A DNA stretch of 63,228 bases, counting the filler, from Choristocarpus tenellus KU-1152 (taxonomy: Eukaryota > Protista > Phaeophyceae), in the NCBI GenBank assembly GCA_964200185.2. It is 10 parts of 10 records of this genome, joined end to end, with 100 filler letters (N's around TTAATTAATTAA, not from the genome) between each part and the next. Parts side by side here need not be neighbours in the genome. Positions count along the whole stretch, not along the records: positions 1 to 3,008 come from CAXNAD020022976.1; positions 3,109 to 18,293 come from CAXNAD020001037.1; 8 more parts are not named here. One strand, 5' to 3'. Made by a program: the position numbers and the translations under genes. Positions within the stretch are counted from its first letter, which is position 1. Each line of letters opens with the position of its first letter. The notes beneath the pieces were generated by a model, which saw only the letters and a program-made list of their open reading frames with translations, searched no databases and was not told where the DNA came from. Shown piece after piece: positions 1-13,680 of the stretch.

Positions 1-726
1 CTATCATACGGGTAATGCCACAAGCTCGCAAGGTTGGTTGGGGGGAGGGGGGAGGGGAGGGGAGGGGAGGGGAGGGGGGAGATGAGAGTTATCGTGCAGA
101 TTTGGGGGAGGTTTTAGTAGGTTAGGCTGGAGAGGCACAGTGTCGCCTTGGGTATTGTCAACAGCTCAGATGTGTAGTTTTTGGTATTCCCATGGCTCTC
201 CTTTTTATTGAACTTGATTTCAATCGGTAGTGAATGGATCCTGTCTAAATGGTCTTGTTATTTCATAGTTAGAAGTATTTTTTACTCTGTGTTCGATCCT
301 TCTGGCGGGGGGATTGTATCCCTCGTAGAAGTATGATGAATGGATAGATGGATGGAGAAGGGGTCCTTTGATGGTGCTATCAGTGGAGTGCTAGAGCTAA
401 AGTTCGGCACCTGAATTAGCTACAGTTTTTGTGGAGGTTGTTGTTGGCGGATTGTAGGTGTGTGGTTTGGTTTGTAAAGTGGTCTTGCCTTTGCTGCTAT
501 TGCATGCTGGTATGAGGACTGAAAGGGAACATGGTTTTGCATTAGTTTTTGAAGCTTTGGCAAGGACTACTTTGGCTTATCTCTGCCTGTACTGTGTGAG
601 GTTAAACCAATCGAAAGGATGATAAGAGCTCTTAGTAGTATACTTTTACTTTGACTGCTAGTTTGTGGGGTTGCATTCATGCTCTTGGAAAGGCTTACTT
701 CTCTGTCTGTGTATGTTGTCTCTGTG

Positions 727-806
<80 letters not shown>

Positions 807-2850
807 AGTTTGTGCCCCCCATGCTTGGATGCTTTGGGGGGTGATGAGATGTAACTCAGAAACCCTGTGATTTCGACCTGCAACAGCCTGACCCTCTTCC
901 TAACCCTAACCCTAACTCCTTGAACTAACATCAACCCTATCCCTGAAATCAACCTCTCCTCAAGTTGCCTGCCTCCCCCCCACCACCTACCGCCAACCGC
1001 CTACCATCCACCACAAAACCCATTAAATCCCATTCCACCCTCAACCTCTGCCAATGACTCAACCCTCCAGTTGTTGATGGAGTTCATGCTTGACAACATG
1101 GAGACTGAATGCCTCTGGAGGCGCCTATTGCCCCATCCCAAGGGGCTAGGATGTGGAGGGAGACATGAGCCAGCCTTGGAGGAGGAAACCTCAGTTGGGT
1201 CCAACAGACCTGTAGTGGCTCCAGTGATCAAGGAGGAGTTTCCGGGGAAGGAAGTGGGGGGGGAGAGGGGGAGGGGGGGGGGAGGGGGGTCTACCATGGA
1301 GGGAGACAAGGAAAACGTGCAGCCTCGGCCGAGTTTTGGTCTGGTGAGTTCTGGAACAAAAAAGGGTTGTTTTGTTGATTAGAGCTGTGGATCAAAGGGT
1401 ACGTTGAATTGAATACTCCAGAGTGTGCATAGTTTAGTTGGCTCGAACACTGTTGACACCTCAAGTAGAATCTTAAGTGCGTTCAAATGTGGGGGAGAGA
1501 GAGGTGCGGGCGGCAACAAGCACCGTGGAGTTGCAAGCAGAGCGCTCAGCGTGCGTATGCACGAGAAAGTGTGATGTGACCAATTGATTCCAATGCCTAT
1601 TTATTATTTTTTATTATTATTATTATTTTTTTACTATTGTCTAATGTTGATTATCTTCGATTTGGTTTGAATCGCTGCTGTTCACAACAGTAGTACAGTG
1701 GAGCTGTAGTGTTGTTGGGAGGCGGTTGTGGGTGTAGGTTTGTAGTCAGTGTGGAATTGGGGTGTTGTTTTTTCGTTTTATTTTGTGGTGTGCGTGTGAA
1801 TGTTGAGGAGATTTGTGGAGATTTTGTAGTGTGGCTTTTATTGATGGTATTAGATGCATGTTACATGCTTGTTGATACATTTGGTGATGTGCTGTGCATG
1901 TAGTATCTGCTGCGGGGCCTGTCTTTATCTGGTGGAGATGGAAAATTTTATCTTTGTACCCTTCCAGTTGTCACAGGGGCAAGTAGTTTAGGGTAGAAGG
2001 TGGAGTGCTTGATTTGAGCGCCTGCGATGTGAGGGGAGAGGAGAACAGCCTTGCTTGATAGGGACAACACAAACGCCTTCATCCCTGTGGTACTGACTAT
2101 GACTTTTTGGACCTTTGAACAGACTAGTGCTATTAATTGACAAGAAAGGACCTCCATTGCCCTCGTCCCGCCAAATTTTAGTTGGTTGGAGGGGGGGTTG
2201 TACATACTTGGAAGGGATGTGCACTCTCTGTGCTCACCGGCCGCTGAATTGTGTTTCCTACTTCAGCCCCAGTCCGTCGCTCTAGCTGACTCTTTCTTCA
2301 CCCTTTCCATCTCCCCTCTCCATCCTTGTGCTTACGCCGCGGAAAATTCCCAGAAAAATCTTGAGGACAGAGCAGCAGCCGATGGGTTGCTACCTCCGTT
2401 GCCGTCCTCACTGTCAACCATCCCCCAGAGCATGGAACACTCCCTTGTGCAGAGTGTCTTGAGGAACTGCCCCCCAAGGGAGGTGGAGAGCTGCCTTCGC
2501 CGGTCTTTGCATTTGGCGGGGGAGATGGGAGTGGAGAGGCCTGGTCGGGCTACCGCTGTTGCTGTTGAGGGGATCGACAGCAACGCTAGATGGTCGGGGT
2601 GGGCACGACTGACTCTGTCCACTCTGTGTGGCTTTATACGGTGTGTTTGGCGTGTGTATGTCTTTGGTTGTGATATTGTGGGATGGAGGCGTGTGTATCT
2701 GGGGGTCCAGGTTTCGTTGAGATGCTCTGACTTCATGTTCTGAATGTGTTGCTACTGTGTTGCGTAGTCGGTAGTCCCTCCTATTTAGTTTAGTTCTGTT
2801 TTTGTTTTGTTTTTATTTTTATTTTTATTTTTCCTTCCTGCCTGAACCTT
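1..2850 (-). mobile_element. Possible decayed non-LTR retrotransposon fragment (ORF1/gag-like region)
   Basis: Frameshifted minus-strand ORF pieces (2332-2736, 1948-2205) with remnant zinc-knuckle-like words (CDNWKG..., TKCIN...), Pro/Thr-rich linkers and no clean splice structure. No RT motif seen. Confidence 0.3.
725..805. repeat. (GT)n / (GTGTAT)n microsatellite
   Basis: Directly visible dinucleotide run. Confidence 0.95.
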
Positions 2851-3008
2851 TCGTGTTTAAAAAAAAATTGAAATTGGTTGGTAGAGTGAAACTTCTCTGA
2901 TTTTTTTTTTTTAATTTCCTCCATTGGTATCACGTGTATCTAGACCTAGGTGCTTGTTGTGGGGTGAATAATGACGATATGTTACTGGGTTTTTTTTTTT
3001 TCTCACGT

Positions 3009-3108
3009 NNNNNNNNNNNNNNNNNNNNNNNNNNNNNNNNNNNNNNNNNNNNTTAATTAATTAANNNNNNNNNNNNNNNNNNNNNNNNNNNNNNNNNNNN
3101 NNNNNNNN
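3009..3108. other. Artificial contig linker (N44-TTAATTAATTAA-N44); identical linkers at 18294-18393, 23895-23994, 28254-28353, 31384-31483, 34378-34477, 37538-37637, 44161-44260, 49934-50033
   Basis: The same 100-nt cassette occurs nine times. TTAATTAATTAA gives stop codons in all six frames, a standard spacer for concatenating unplaced contigs. Confidence 0.97.
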
Positions 3109-3249
3109 CAGGGTGCCCATTTGACCACAATCAGGAAGAGTGCATTTACATTATCCATCCAATGTATGGAACCAAATCACCCAAAAATCGCGATATGAAA
3201 AAATTGGTCCCAAATGGACAGCCGCCACCCCCCCCAGATACTTTGAGCC
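3109..3249 (-). mobile_element. MITE family B (GGCTCAAAGTATCT-G-run terminus), partial at contig edge; other copies at 18187-18293, 23833-23894, 43718-43893 and a terminal remnant at 44458-44484
   Basis: Shared ggctcaaagtatctggg(g)..ggtggcggctgtccatttggg..caatttttt(c)at(a/g)tcgcgattttt sequence. The copy at 43718-43893 has inverted termini (ggcccaaagtat...atactttgaggcc). Confidence 0.8.
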
Positions 3250-3380
3250 ACTAGAATTATGGTATGGGTTAGCTTTATGGTCATAATTTAGGTTAAGGTT
3301 TGTACTATTGCTAGTGTTGGGGTTAGGATTGGTGTTCAGGCTACTCATATCCATCTGTTTATTTCCTCCTACTCCCTCAC

Positions 3381-6300
3381 CATGTCAACTAGAGTAGAGA
3401 ATGTGGAGGCAATGGCATAGGCTATGATTCCAGCAAATATCACAGGACCAATGGGAGAGTACAACTCCTCAGACATGTTGGCCTCCAGCGCCAAGTATAT
3501 TGCTCCTGCAGTGCCGAGGCAGATGACCTGTGGGGGTGCATGTGAGTGAAAGTATCTTAGAGGGTAGAGCCGCGTCCATTTGGGGTCAAAACCTAATTTG
3601 GCAATTTTGATGTAATTTTGGCCATCGTGTTTGTTTGGAAGTGTCAATATCCACGTTCTGGACACTCATTTTCATATCGTATACATTTTACCTACTCTGA
3701 AACATTTTGGAGTAGGTAGAATGTCATTTAAAACCCGTGAGAAGCCAAGCCCCAAATGGACAAACAGGGCAAAAATCGTACCCTCTGATATAGTTTCACT
3801 CATGTCAGGGGTGAACATATCGTGATAGGTGGGTGGTAGAAGGACTTTAATGTGGAACAGAGGCATCTTCTACATTGAGTTTGTTGCTTAGGCAGTGGCG
3901 CAAAGGGGTAGACTTTGTGGAAGAGCACAACAAGAGAGTAGTGATGAATGACCGCAAAGCAAAGAGAGGCCAACATTTCATTTATTGGTGTCCACTACAG
4001 TGACCGACCTTGCTCTGGCTCACTTTACAAGATTGAAGAGCAAGCTACAGATAAATCACACTGTTAGGTTGAAACCAACCACGAGAATGATTTCCAATAA
4101 ATTTCTTGCTTAAGAAAAAAAGAAAGTATCCTCCTCCAAGCGCTAAGGCATATATCCTGCTTCCATTGTTTACCTGTACATGATAGCCAGGCACAGGAAT
4201 TGGACCTTTGGTTGACTCTAACTACTGACATGGAGAAAGGGTATGTTCAGTGGGACCTATCATTTTGATAAGTTGGGGTTGGTTTTTTCTCTGTGCATCC
4301 TTATTTTCTGTTTCTTACTCACCAGCTTCAGTATGAACACGACGAACTGGGTAATCACAGATACAGCCCCAATTCGACCCAGGTTCCGCGCAATAAGCCA
4401 AAAGGAGTTTTTTGCAGAGGTGCAGAAGCTTGTGCTAAAGATAGCCACCTGGTCTAGGTGTGGTTGGGAGTTCAATATCGGATAGAAACAAAAAAATGGT
4501 GGAGGAGTAGCAAGGTGGAAAGGGGGGAGTCCTTCTTGTTTGTATTCAAAAGAATGATTGTATCACAGTTGTTGATGTTGTTGTTGATCCTGAGCCTTTA
4601 GGTCACCTGGTCTCAGGAAGGTATTGGAGGGAAATTTCAAAAGGGCACTATTATCAGAATGGTATCAGTATTAGCGCCATGTTGTGCAACTGCTACATGA
4701 TTTTTGAGGTAATCAGAGGAGTGTTTTCTATACTGAGATGGTACTGGAATCCTCGCATAGCCTTCTAAGTTCCACTCAGTACGATTGAGTCAAAGCAAGC
4801 GAGATATACCCAGAGTTGCGTTTTACGGAAGCTCACAAATTATTACAAAATTCTTCATTTGTTTGCAAATGTGTCTAGGATATTTTGTGCATTATGTCAG
4901 AAAACTTCAAACAATAGGAAAATAACGATCTCAGGTCAAACTTAGAACTCCGTCTATAGAAATAATAACAATATTGGTGAATTACAAAAGATTGGAAAAC
5001 AGACTTAAAATACAAATCTGGTTTTATCTGGGTACCTCGCGTTTACTTTGGCTTAATTCGATTTTCAAAAAAGAACAGACTCTGCTAGGAACATCAAATA
5101 GATATCTGGGTGGGCAGATTTTCTCATAAATTAAGATGTGACATGTTTATTTGAAAGAAAGTAACCGTTGATACCATAGCCAATGACAGAGTTTAAAGTA
5201 TGACATACAGGAGCTACAGAATGTATGAATTTTATCTTTCACTAGATGCACCAAACTTTGTTTGGGGTACTATCAATAATGTGATCTTACTCTTTGATAG
5301 TAGGTGAGGTATGAAACAAGTGTTCATCTTGCCTGGACATATGCATTCTTATTGATGAACTTCATGCACTTCTCTAGACACCATATGCAGCTGGATAGGC
5401 AGCAGAGGATTGCCTCGGCCAGCTTATTACCACTCTTAGAGAGCTTCTTCTGCCAGTAGGTTATCACTGTACGAATCATCTGTCATTGTGGATGAGGATC
5501 AGGAGGTGGATGAGGGGATGTGCCCTACTTTCTCTAGTATTTCAGCTGATGGTAAATGTGCATCAAGGCTGCATCTTCACATGTTCCATGGTTGTGGTAG
5601 GTAGATCTAGGGCCATGAGATATGCGCAGGCAGGGTAGGTTGAGCCGATATTTTTTTCGAAATTAGGAGTTGTAGGAAGGCTTAGCAATGAGAAGAGTTT
5701 CTCATGCCACCTTCACAGTTCCCAAATTCAGGTTGACAACTATTTTGACTGAACAGCCCAACCATGCTCACCCACCCTCCAAGGTGGTGCCAAACCTAGT
5801 ACCAACTTGTTCAGATACCTTAGTTGTTGCTACTCATCAACTTGCCTCTCCCCCATTGTTGGGAATGCATCACTGTCCCCCCACCCGTGGACTTATCTCA
5901 GTCTGACTGACTTGCCTGTACGATGGCAATAATGAGTGAACCCAAGGCTGCCGTACCCATATGGTAGTATATCCCTTCTTTGAGAGACTTCCAGAATGTA
6001 CCATTGTTCACCTGGTAACAGGAAGAAAGTCAATAAACCATAATACTTCACAGGATAGATGCTCTAGCTAGCTGAAATATATTGTAATAGGCTTATGAGT
6101 ACGGATGAAAAAGATGATGAGAAGATACCCAACCTATAGAGAGTTCAAAACCATTTCGAAAACCGAACTTGACAAGCAATTCCTATACCTTTGATTATAA
6201 GGCAGGAAAACAATCCTCTACTTCCATGGACCAAAAACATGTTGCCTATCACACTTTCTGTATTTTGTAGTTACTCCCACTTAGGACTATCACGATGTTG

Positions 6301-9300
6301 TCTAATAGATCGGGGTAGTATCTAGCAGTAAATATCTCATCAAGAGTGTTGTACAAAGTTGTAGAGGCATATGTATGTGTACTTGAAGTAATTGTATATA
6401 GTCCAACTCCTGATTACGAGTTCTCATTAGGCTGAACATCACAAGAATAAGGGTGCCGCCAAGATTCTTAGGCACTTCGAATGCATGTAGTACCCTCATT
6501 ATTGAAATTCGTTAGACATTATTTATAGTGGTACTGATGGAACCTGGTCAGGGACTGCAGCAGATGACTAGTCAGGAGGAGGTCCCAGAGCGATGGCAAT
6601 ACAATGCTGAAGATAATCTGAGCTTTCAGATACTGGGAGTGGAAGAAATGAGAAGGCTACCCTCACATCTTGATCGTTTCTGGAGAAGTAGTACTTGACA
6701 ATGGTGAGGGAGATGATTATCTGCCCCATAGCGATAATGAATTGGGTAGTCCAGAAGAAGACGAACAGCAGAAACCAGCCCCTGAGCTCTATATCTTGTT
6801 CATATTCAAAAGAGCGCACTGACAAACCGGCCACCTCGTTGGTGGAGATCTGGTGTATCCACCGTTTCAGGAGTAGAAAGATAGGATCCAGGTTGGGGAT
6901 GGGCATGTGCATTTGATACTCTAAGCACAAACAGGTTTTGACCTTTTGGTAGTTTTGCTCGTGCCTACATATGATAGTGACTACATGACGAAGGTGTTCT
7001 TCAAGGTAATCTTCACCTTGAAGGTAGTAATTGGACTAAGGGTAGTTGCTGGGGTTGAAGCTATGAGATATGTTGGTGGGGTTGGGAGAAGTCTCAGATG
7101 ATCGGGTGGGGCATAGTTTATGGACAATGCTCTGGTGGTATCCTGTTGGGTGCAGTAGGAAATGGATTTCAGAGCTAGACTTCAATGTATGATTGAGTGG
7201 GAGAGGGGAATGGGGCGTGGGTTAATGAAGGAGAGGGATATTGATTTCTTGTCCCCTCAACTCCCCCCACCTCCAACCTCTCATATCCTCTTTTCTTCCT
7301 GAAGTATGTTCAATTTCTTCCCCACTCCCCTACCTTTAACTTTCCCTGGACCTTCCCTCTTGAACATAATACTTCAAAACCTCACCTCGGCAATGGAAGC
7401 TGTATAGACAGAATAGATGACCCAGGGTACCAGGAAAGCAATAATGGTGACACACTGGATGAATGGCATCATGACCATTGTTGGCATCCTTCCAATAGCT
7501 CGAGCAGACTCCTTTTTTTCCGCAGGGTGTTATGTTACATATTCCATTGTTTGTAGTTGGTATCATTGCCATTAAAACTTTGCTAAGACAGTAGATCTTT
7601 TGATGGGTAGGTGGCAATGATGGAGACTGCTTATGGAGAATGCAGTCAAGTTGCATATGATAAAGAAGAAGGGAATTCATTCTCATATGGGACCTCTGAT
7701 AGTTTACTGTCTGAACATGATGCAAACGGGGGCAGGATATGAACAAAAGGAGAGGCACACATGGGCATGCTAGATTGATCATTGGTGACATTAGTTGTAC
7801 AGACTGGTGTCAGTTGGAGGGAGAACATAGCAACAGGCGTCTACATCATCAATATGAAACCATATTTTTAAATTAATCCTTCTTGTCACAATGTTTGGAG
7901 GGAACTTACATATCATGCAAAGCTGTAGACAGGTATACACAATATACACAGATGTAGTACACACATACAAATGAGAAGCTTACCACAACTTTGAAAACTT
8001 CCCCTGCTTCTCTGGCACTTTGAATTATCTGCAGATCCTACCGTTCATGAAATGTGTACAACTCATGCCACCCCCAAATTCTACACCACATTACAAGGTC
8101 ATGGTAGTTGTGACCTTGTAGGATGAAGTTTATGCTACCACTGAGTAATGTAAGGGAATCGATATGATCCTGATCCTCTTGGTGCAACTGCACTCCACAA
8201 TTTGGAGGGCCCAGCCCACCTACAACCCCAGTTCTCGGAAAGGATCACACTTGCAGCGTCTGAGTCATGCCAACACAATTGGTATACTACTTGAGTGAAA
8301 GTATCTTAGAGGGTATGACTTTCGTCCTATTTGTCCGTTTGGGGCTTGGCTTCCCACGAGTTTTTTGATGACATTTTACTTTTTCTGAAATGATTCAGAG
8401 TAGGTAAAATGTATACGTTATGAAAAGGTGTGTCCAGAACAAAGATATTGACACTTCCTAACAAAAACGATAGCCAAAATTACATCAAAATTGCAACATT
8501 GGATTTTGGCCCCCAAACGGATGCAGCTATACCCTCGATGATACTTTGACTCACTTACTCTTGAGTAGTAGAATCGATAACAATGAAAATAACTGCACAA
8601 TAGAAAGAAAGAAGAAGGTTTGGGGTACAGTGAGTTGTGCAAGAAAAACCTTCTTCATGAATAGCATGCCTCATGTCATACATAGTAAGCATCCCCCCAA
8701 ACATTCTTTGCCCGCTCATCCTCAACATCTCTCCTTGCACCCCCCAGCATTTCAGCTAAAGAACTTTGGAGTATAACCCTACAAAACGAACCTTAACTAT
8801 GCAGGTTGCAAGGTTAATCTGCTTTCGAAGGAATATGACCAGGCAGGCAAATAGGAAACTCCCAGCAAAGGCTATATATCCCAGTGCCTTGCAACTAATG
8901 ATCTGCAGTGTGGTATGCTCGCCATCATCTGTCCAGTTGGAAGCTTCACCAGGGTGGGTGTGAGAAGCAGGGGTGGCATAGAATGAGAGAAGTTTAATGA
9001 TACATACACCTGTGTTGTAGTGGCTTCATAGCATTAGCAATGCGCATTCAGTGCAGCATTGAGACACATAAAGCCTTCTTGCTCCCCTATCCCTAAGCAA
9101 ACAACTCCATGGACTTAGTAAAGCGGTGCCAACAAGGGTTAAGTGGTTGCAAACTGCACACAATAGAATAAATGCATGACAAATTTTATTTGTTAATGAG
9201 TGAAAGTACCTTAGAGGGTACGAGTTTTGCCCTGTTTGTCCATTTTGGGCTTGGCTTCCCTTGAGGTTTTTTATGACATTTTCCTACTCAAAAAATATTT

Positions 9301-12300
9301 CGGAGAAGGTAAAATGTATCCATTATGAAAAGGTATGTCTGGAACAAGGACATTGACACTTCCTAACAAACACAATAGCCAATATTACATCAAAAGTGCC
9401 GAATTGAATTTTGGCCCCCAATTGGATGCGTCTCTACCCCCTACGATACTTTGGCTCGATATCACATAACAGTGCTTCTACTGCTTACATTCTCCATGAG
9501 TGAAGATATTTCTGTTTGCAGTGGAAAAAATGGGGTTTAAATTTGCTTTGTAAATCTTTGGGACATACACCTTTCAACAAAACCTGTTAACTAATGGATA
9601 AGCCCACTTGTATGATCATATCGCACATGATCTTTGTTCTCAGCGAGATGAGTAACATATATTTGCCCTTAACATAGAGGCAAGAGTAAATCTTTTTTAT
9701 TATTCTTTTTCCTCCCCCCCTCCTGTACACACTATCCTCAAAATACCTGTCCTTCAGTTATTTTCCCTTCAATGCTCATCTCCTCACCCCTCTACTTCCC
9801 TTTGCATTTTTGTCATACTCCTCTTTTCCCTGTGTATTCCCTCCCATAAATACCAAAAGTGCTAGCACCTCACCAAGACTAAGAGAGGCGTATCCAATTG
9901 CCAGGAAGAGGACCAACGATGTTAAGATGCTTCCCCACACCAAGAGGCACACCATGCCTGGCATCCTGAGTAGGGCAACATATATGAAGCATAGTATCTG
10001 TGCAACCCAGAGGAGAGGGTGGGAGTATCATTACTATCAGATCAACAGCAGGTGTTGCTTCCCTCTCATACAATTGACTGCGTGGGAATTGTTATGGCAC
10101 CCTTCAGAATTGTGTGAAGCCCTAGATCTGTGAGACAAATATCAGTATCCATTGCTTGTGAAGGCAGGTGCACCAAGTGGAGGGCACAATTCTTTGTCTA
10201 TATTCAGATATCCACAAATGGACAGACCCTGTTCATAAACACTTTTCATTTGCGAAGTGACCTGTATTTTGTCCGATTTCCCATATTATTTGTTCAACTA
10301 TCAAGCTCAAAGGCAGCAGTAAATGTCAATACCTCAGATTGTAGCTTGTCACAACAGTCGCTGCAGTAGTTATAGCAGTGCCCACATCTACACAATACAC
10401 TAACACATCTAGAGACAGACCATGTAAAACAAATTTAAAACAAATTTAAAACAAATTTAAAACAAATTTAAAACAAATTTAAAACAAATTTAAAACAAAT
10501 TTAAAACAAATTCACCACCGCAATGGCTAAGAACAACACACTGAGAAAATTTATGCTGTTGCACGATTTTGGATGGTGACCATGGAGGCACCATTTGAAT
10601 AATGCCGATATCAACAGATACAGTTCAAAGTATTGACCACCTGATCGGAGCACAGAAGGTACAAATGTTGAAAAGAAAAAAATTATCCATAGACAGTGCC
10701 TCAGCTTTTTCGACGATTATATTTTATGTACTATCACACTATGAGGAAGTTGTCTTTCATCAGGAAAACACATTTCGACCCAAGATGCTTGCTTCCAACC
10801 CCTGATAATTGAAATGGTATGTATTTGTGGCTCAGTAGAGGTATGCAGTGCACTCTGGAGATACGAAATCCACCATCTTAAAGAATAATTCACACTACAT
10901 CCAGACCTGAACATTGCCCTAAAAAAAGAGGCTAAGGCATGCACATAACATCACCTTCCGCATGCCTAGGGGGGAACCACCGAATACTGAGAACAATCGT
11001 TGGAATAGACACAGGCTACTTCTTGTACAATATTTGCACTTCTCGGACAATGTGATGCTTGCATAATACAGCTTAACCATCTTGGCCGTACATGCAACAA
11101 ACTATTGTTCGGAATATGAATTTTATGTAGCAAATGGGCCTAAATTAGGTTGAGCTTTGTATTACGCACAAGGGAGAAGCCGAAGCCAAAACCAAGAATC
11201 CATGCCCTGGCAGTGTAGATGTCCGAGACAAACTCCGAAAGGTAGGTTACATCCCCTCCTCCCACGTTGACGAAGTTTTCCAGCACATCGGAGTCACTAA
11301 AGACACAATGGTTGATGACTTTCATGGCCGACAAGTGTGCGCAAGGCAGTCATCCAATGGGTGGATATCACACTTAGTTTGAAGCAATTGAAAGCACTAT
11401 GTCGAGGAAGAAAGGGTGTGAGTTTGTGATGAGGATAGCACAGAACTAGACATGGGCACAAAGGGGATCTGTTCTGAAGCGCAGAACAATATAGAGGCAT
11501 AATCAATGCAGTTTTAATGGTATTTTTCGAGGCCATGAGCAATGTTGACTGCACATCTTTCTTAGGATCTGCTCCACATTGGTCAACAAACCGCTCCAAA
11601 GCCCCATATTGCAGGTTCCACATACTGTTATTCCTAGACCCATGATCCTTCCTTCAACTACTCTCATTGTGCTCTCACAGTCAGTGGACTTGATCTGGAA
11701 CATGCATTCCCCAAGCCCCCCACCATCAAAGGAAGAACTTCCAGCTGCAGAGAGGTCAGCGAGGCTTAAACAGTCTGCTGTATTGGATATGCTGGCTGTG
11801 CAGTTGAAGCCTTCATTGACTGTGTAACTGGAAGTATCATCCGTGCATGCCCACAGGTAGGCCCAGTCTGTATCTGTTGGGCATGACTCCACACACACTC
11901 CAGTGCCATCAAACCGAATGTAGTACAGCTTGTACGTTCAGCAGGTGTCAATATTATCACCAACGGCACATTAAATTGGTGACATGTTGGGGCCAGGTTT
12001 GGGGCCAGGTGAGGTTTTCTAGTTCCTTACAGTCAAGGGGAGCAGTATAGTGCTGTGATCAGAACGTGGCAGGTAAAGAAGGGAAAAGTCAGGGGGGAGC
12101 CTAATGGTGGGAATGAGACCAGTTGTAGAAATTAAAGGAAATTACAGGGTAGGAGGAAGATTAGCAGAGAAATGAAGGACAAGAACCATGGAGGGGTCTG
12201 AGGGAAGAGTTGGGGCGAGGCTCCTTAATACAGGATTGTGGTATCTTCAGAATTTATGGGGTTGTTTGCAAGTGAGGATTGTACACAGTGGGATCCCAAA

Positions 12301-13680
12301 GTATTTGCCAAACTCACCACGCTACATTGGCCAGATCCAAAACAATCCATACACATTCCGTGTCAAGTAATGATGATGACTACGTCTCTCAATGCAGTGC
12401 TTGCTAGTGTAGTGCTTGTTAGCAAGCATTTTTTTTGCAGCAACACTGTGAATGAGGTCCAGCAACAAAAAAAGAGGTATCAACTGGATCATTCAAATAT
12501 GCTACACATATGTACACAGAATGCAGTAGGTGTGCAGATAATAGTAATCTGGTCACAACACAGATATTCACAAGCGACACCTCCAACCCCAATCGGTTTA
12601 TTGGGTGTCACGGTTTGCGTCACTGTTACCCAAAGTCATGGCCTATTGCTGGCTTATACGCGGCGACACTATTTACTGACGAGAACTCTACTAATATGCC
12701 ATAATTTTGTACTAAGCAATGTAGTGCAGAGTGATGAGTGAGAAATTGGTGTTGCTCTCAATATGCTGCAATGCCATTAGCAGATAAAAACAGGCTTGTA
12801 CTTCAAATACATTGCTTCATTCTGAAAAGACATAACCATGGTGACACAAAACTGAACCACTGATGGTATCAACTGCTCTGCCCTGCAAGAGTGATCGCAC
12901 CTTGGATTTTTCGGCCACATCCGAGTCAACGCCGCAGATCCTCCCATTATAGTCAATGCCATTTACTAGAAGCCTTGGATCCCCAGTGCTGATGCTCTCA
13001 GCGCCAAGGGCGGTCATGACTATCCACTCTAGAACAAGTATTAGCATGAAGAGGACATCTGTACAACGACGATTAGCCCCATTTTCAATGTCCTCTGGTG
13101 CTTTTAGCTGCGAATGTTATTTGGGCATAGATGACTACGATTAGTACTGGAAATGATTCAAGGACCAGCGCGGGTTGGAGGAACCGTGGAAATATGTGAA
13201 AAGATCGGGCAGGGCCGAGATGGCCTGTGGAGAAGGGGCAGGGTACAGATGATGTCGAGGATGTAGGATGTCATCCTAGGATTAACAACAAATTGTCTAC
13301 GGCAGTGCAAGGCAGCATTGAAGCCGTAGGTTCCAAATTGTGTTATCAATTAAGGAGTCTATGGTTCTCTCAGGAGATAATATATGCTACACCTTTCGCC
13401 TTCGATCTTCCGAAGATGTGGCTCTTACAAGAATGACTGTACCACCCCGACGTCCCCTCAACCAAGCACTATTTCTTGTGACTAGTATCCGTTGAAACAT
13501 GCGACGACTCCGTGGTCTTTGCTTCAGAAATCGCACAGACGGGGAATAGCACTCGAAACCAATTGCAATTGAAACTAAGCACTGGACCGACTATTATATG
13601 TCCCTTCATCGCACCTTGTCACCGAGGCGTGCTGTCCGAGTCTCATCTGCTTTCGAGGAAGTTGAACTAAATATCGCCAT
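3381..13680 (-). CDS. Choline transporter-like protein (CTL/SLC44/PNS1 family), 12 exons, 3' end missing at contig edge
   Basis: Exons 13680-13615, 13107-12901, 11928-11679, 11318-11170, 9997-9874, 8943-8792, 7511-7386, 6849-6667, 6011-5916, 5479-5333, 4448-4323 and 3527-3381 join in phase (about 591 codons). Family motifs: [90 protein letters not shown]. Confidence 0.95.
3544..3801. mobile_element. MITE family A (~260 bp, TIR GAGTGAAAGTATCTTAGAGGGTA), 4-bp TSD ATGT
   Basis: Inverted termini, ATGT on both flanks, and homologous copies elsewhere in the window. Confidence 0.9.
4787..5054. mobile_element. MITE family C (TIR GAGTCAAAG..GCGAG..TACCCAGA)
   Basis: gagtcaaagcaagcgagatatacccaga ... 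tctgggtacctcgcgtttactttggctt inverted ends. Flanks gatt/aatt match at 3 of 4 positions. Confidence 0.6.
8293..8552. mobile_element. MITE family A copy, TSD ACTT
   Basis: TIRs plus identical 4-bp flanks. Confidence 0.9.
9198..9457. mobile_element. MITE family A copy
   Basis: Full-length homology to 8293-8552. TSD not retained. Confidence 0.88.
10426..10512. repeat. 11-bp tandem repeat (AAAACAAATTT)n
   Basis: About 8 near-perfect units in a CTL intron. Confidence 0.95.

Noticed and set aside
651-1382. Short ORFs over microsatellites and G-runs
   Set aside because: Low-complexity artefacts with no splice or homology support.
3053-3064. Recurrent palindrome TTAATTAATTAA as a biological motif
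   Set aside because: It is always centred in N-runs, so it is an artificial six-frame-stop linker.
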